DNA of 64,000 nucleotides. It comes from Kondoa subrosea (lineage: Eukaryota). The notes beneath the pieces were generated by a model. That model did not search any database and had not been told where the DNA came from. It saw nothing but the letters and a program-made list of their open reading frames with translations. The stretch spans positions 2,820,678-2,884,677 of the forward strand of contig BCIN01000002.1 in the NCBI GenBank assembly GCA_039545335.1, in the 5' to 3' direction. The translations under genes were made by a program, and so were the position numbers. Positions 63,765 through 64,000 of this stretch are shown here, one piece after another. Positions within the stretch are counted from its first letter, which is position 1. The number at the start of each line of letters is the position of its first letter.

Positions 63765-64000
63765 ATGTCGAAGTCTACACAAGATAAGAAGAAGACTCCT
63801 TTAGCTATTCATTTCGTTGCTGGTGGAATAGCAGGAGCAGCAGAAGCATGCGTTTGTCATCCGTAGGTCCCATCATCACCAGATTCCTTTGCTCTCAAAC
63901 GAACTCATTTTGGGGACAGACTGGACACGATCAAAGTCCGTATGCAGCTCAGTAAAGGTGGAGGTAGAGCAAAAGGAGTAAGTTTTCATTCCATCCTCAT
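63765..64000 (+). CDS. SFC1: Mitochondrial carrier, succinate/fumarate type; 5' part only
   Basis: HFVAGGIAGAAEACVCHP|LDTIKVRMQLS contains the carrier signature PxDxxKxRxQ in the SFC1-type context. Confidence 0.8.

Noticed and set aside
17514..64000. Functional cluster of mitochondrial genes (KGD4, SCO1, NDUFB4, MDV1, MRP49, SFC1) or of proteasome genes (SCL1, RPN10)
   Set aside because: They are scattered over more than 45 kb among unrelated genes, at a frequency compatible with chance.
1..64000. tRNA, rRNA, snRNA, riboswitch or CRISPR array
   Set aside because: None recognised by eye. tRNAscan-SE and Infernal/Rfam would be needed to exclude small or intron-containing RNAs.

Overview
Eukaryotic, intron-rich fungal genomic DNA. 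It is most likely a basidiomycete, inferred from the many ~45-80 nt GT-AG introns and a fused allantoicase/ureidoglycolate lyase. The ORF track fragments nearly every gene, so I rebuilt models by hand; boundaries are approximate where noted. There are about 35 genes. Conserved ones include UPRT, a Chk2/Rad53-type kinase, HEM12, a PAS hybrid histidine kinase, KGD4, proteasome alpha1, SCO1, EMG1, an AA12 PQQ dehydrogenase, RVS167, NDUFB4, RPN10, MDV1, MRP49, a DAL2-DAL3 fusion and SFC1. These are interleaved with lineage-specific F-box, MYND, HExxH and orphan genes, some with apparent lesions. The most striking structure (6.2-11.5 kb) is a HEM12 duplication. An intact copy is followed by a ~2 kb insert carrying two head-to-head orphan genes, then a second copy whose promoter and 5' half are inverted and frameshifted while its 3' half stays in direct orientation. 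The junctions show microhomology and the two copies differ mostly at synonymous sites. A six-exon, 97-aa, 18-Cys metallothionein-like gene and a micro-exon NDUFB4 gene are not recovered as intact ORFs by the track. I recognised no rRNA, tRNA, CRISPR array or transposase. Family assignments come from recalled motifs, not database searches.
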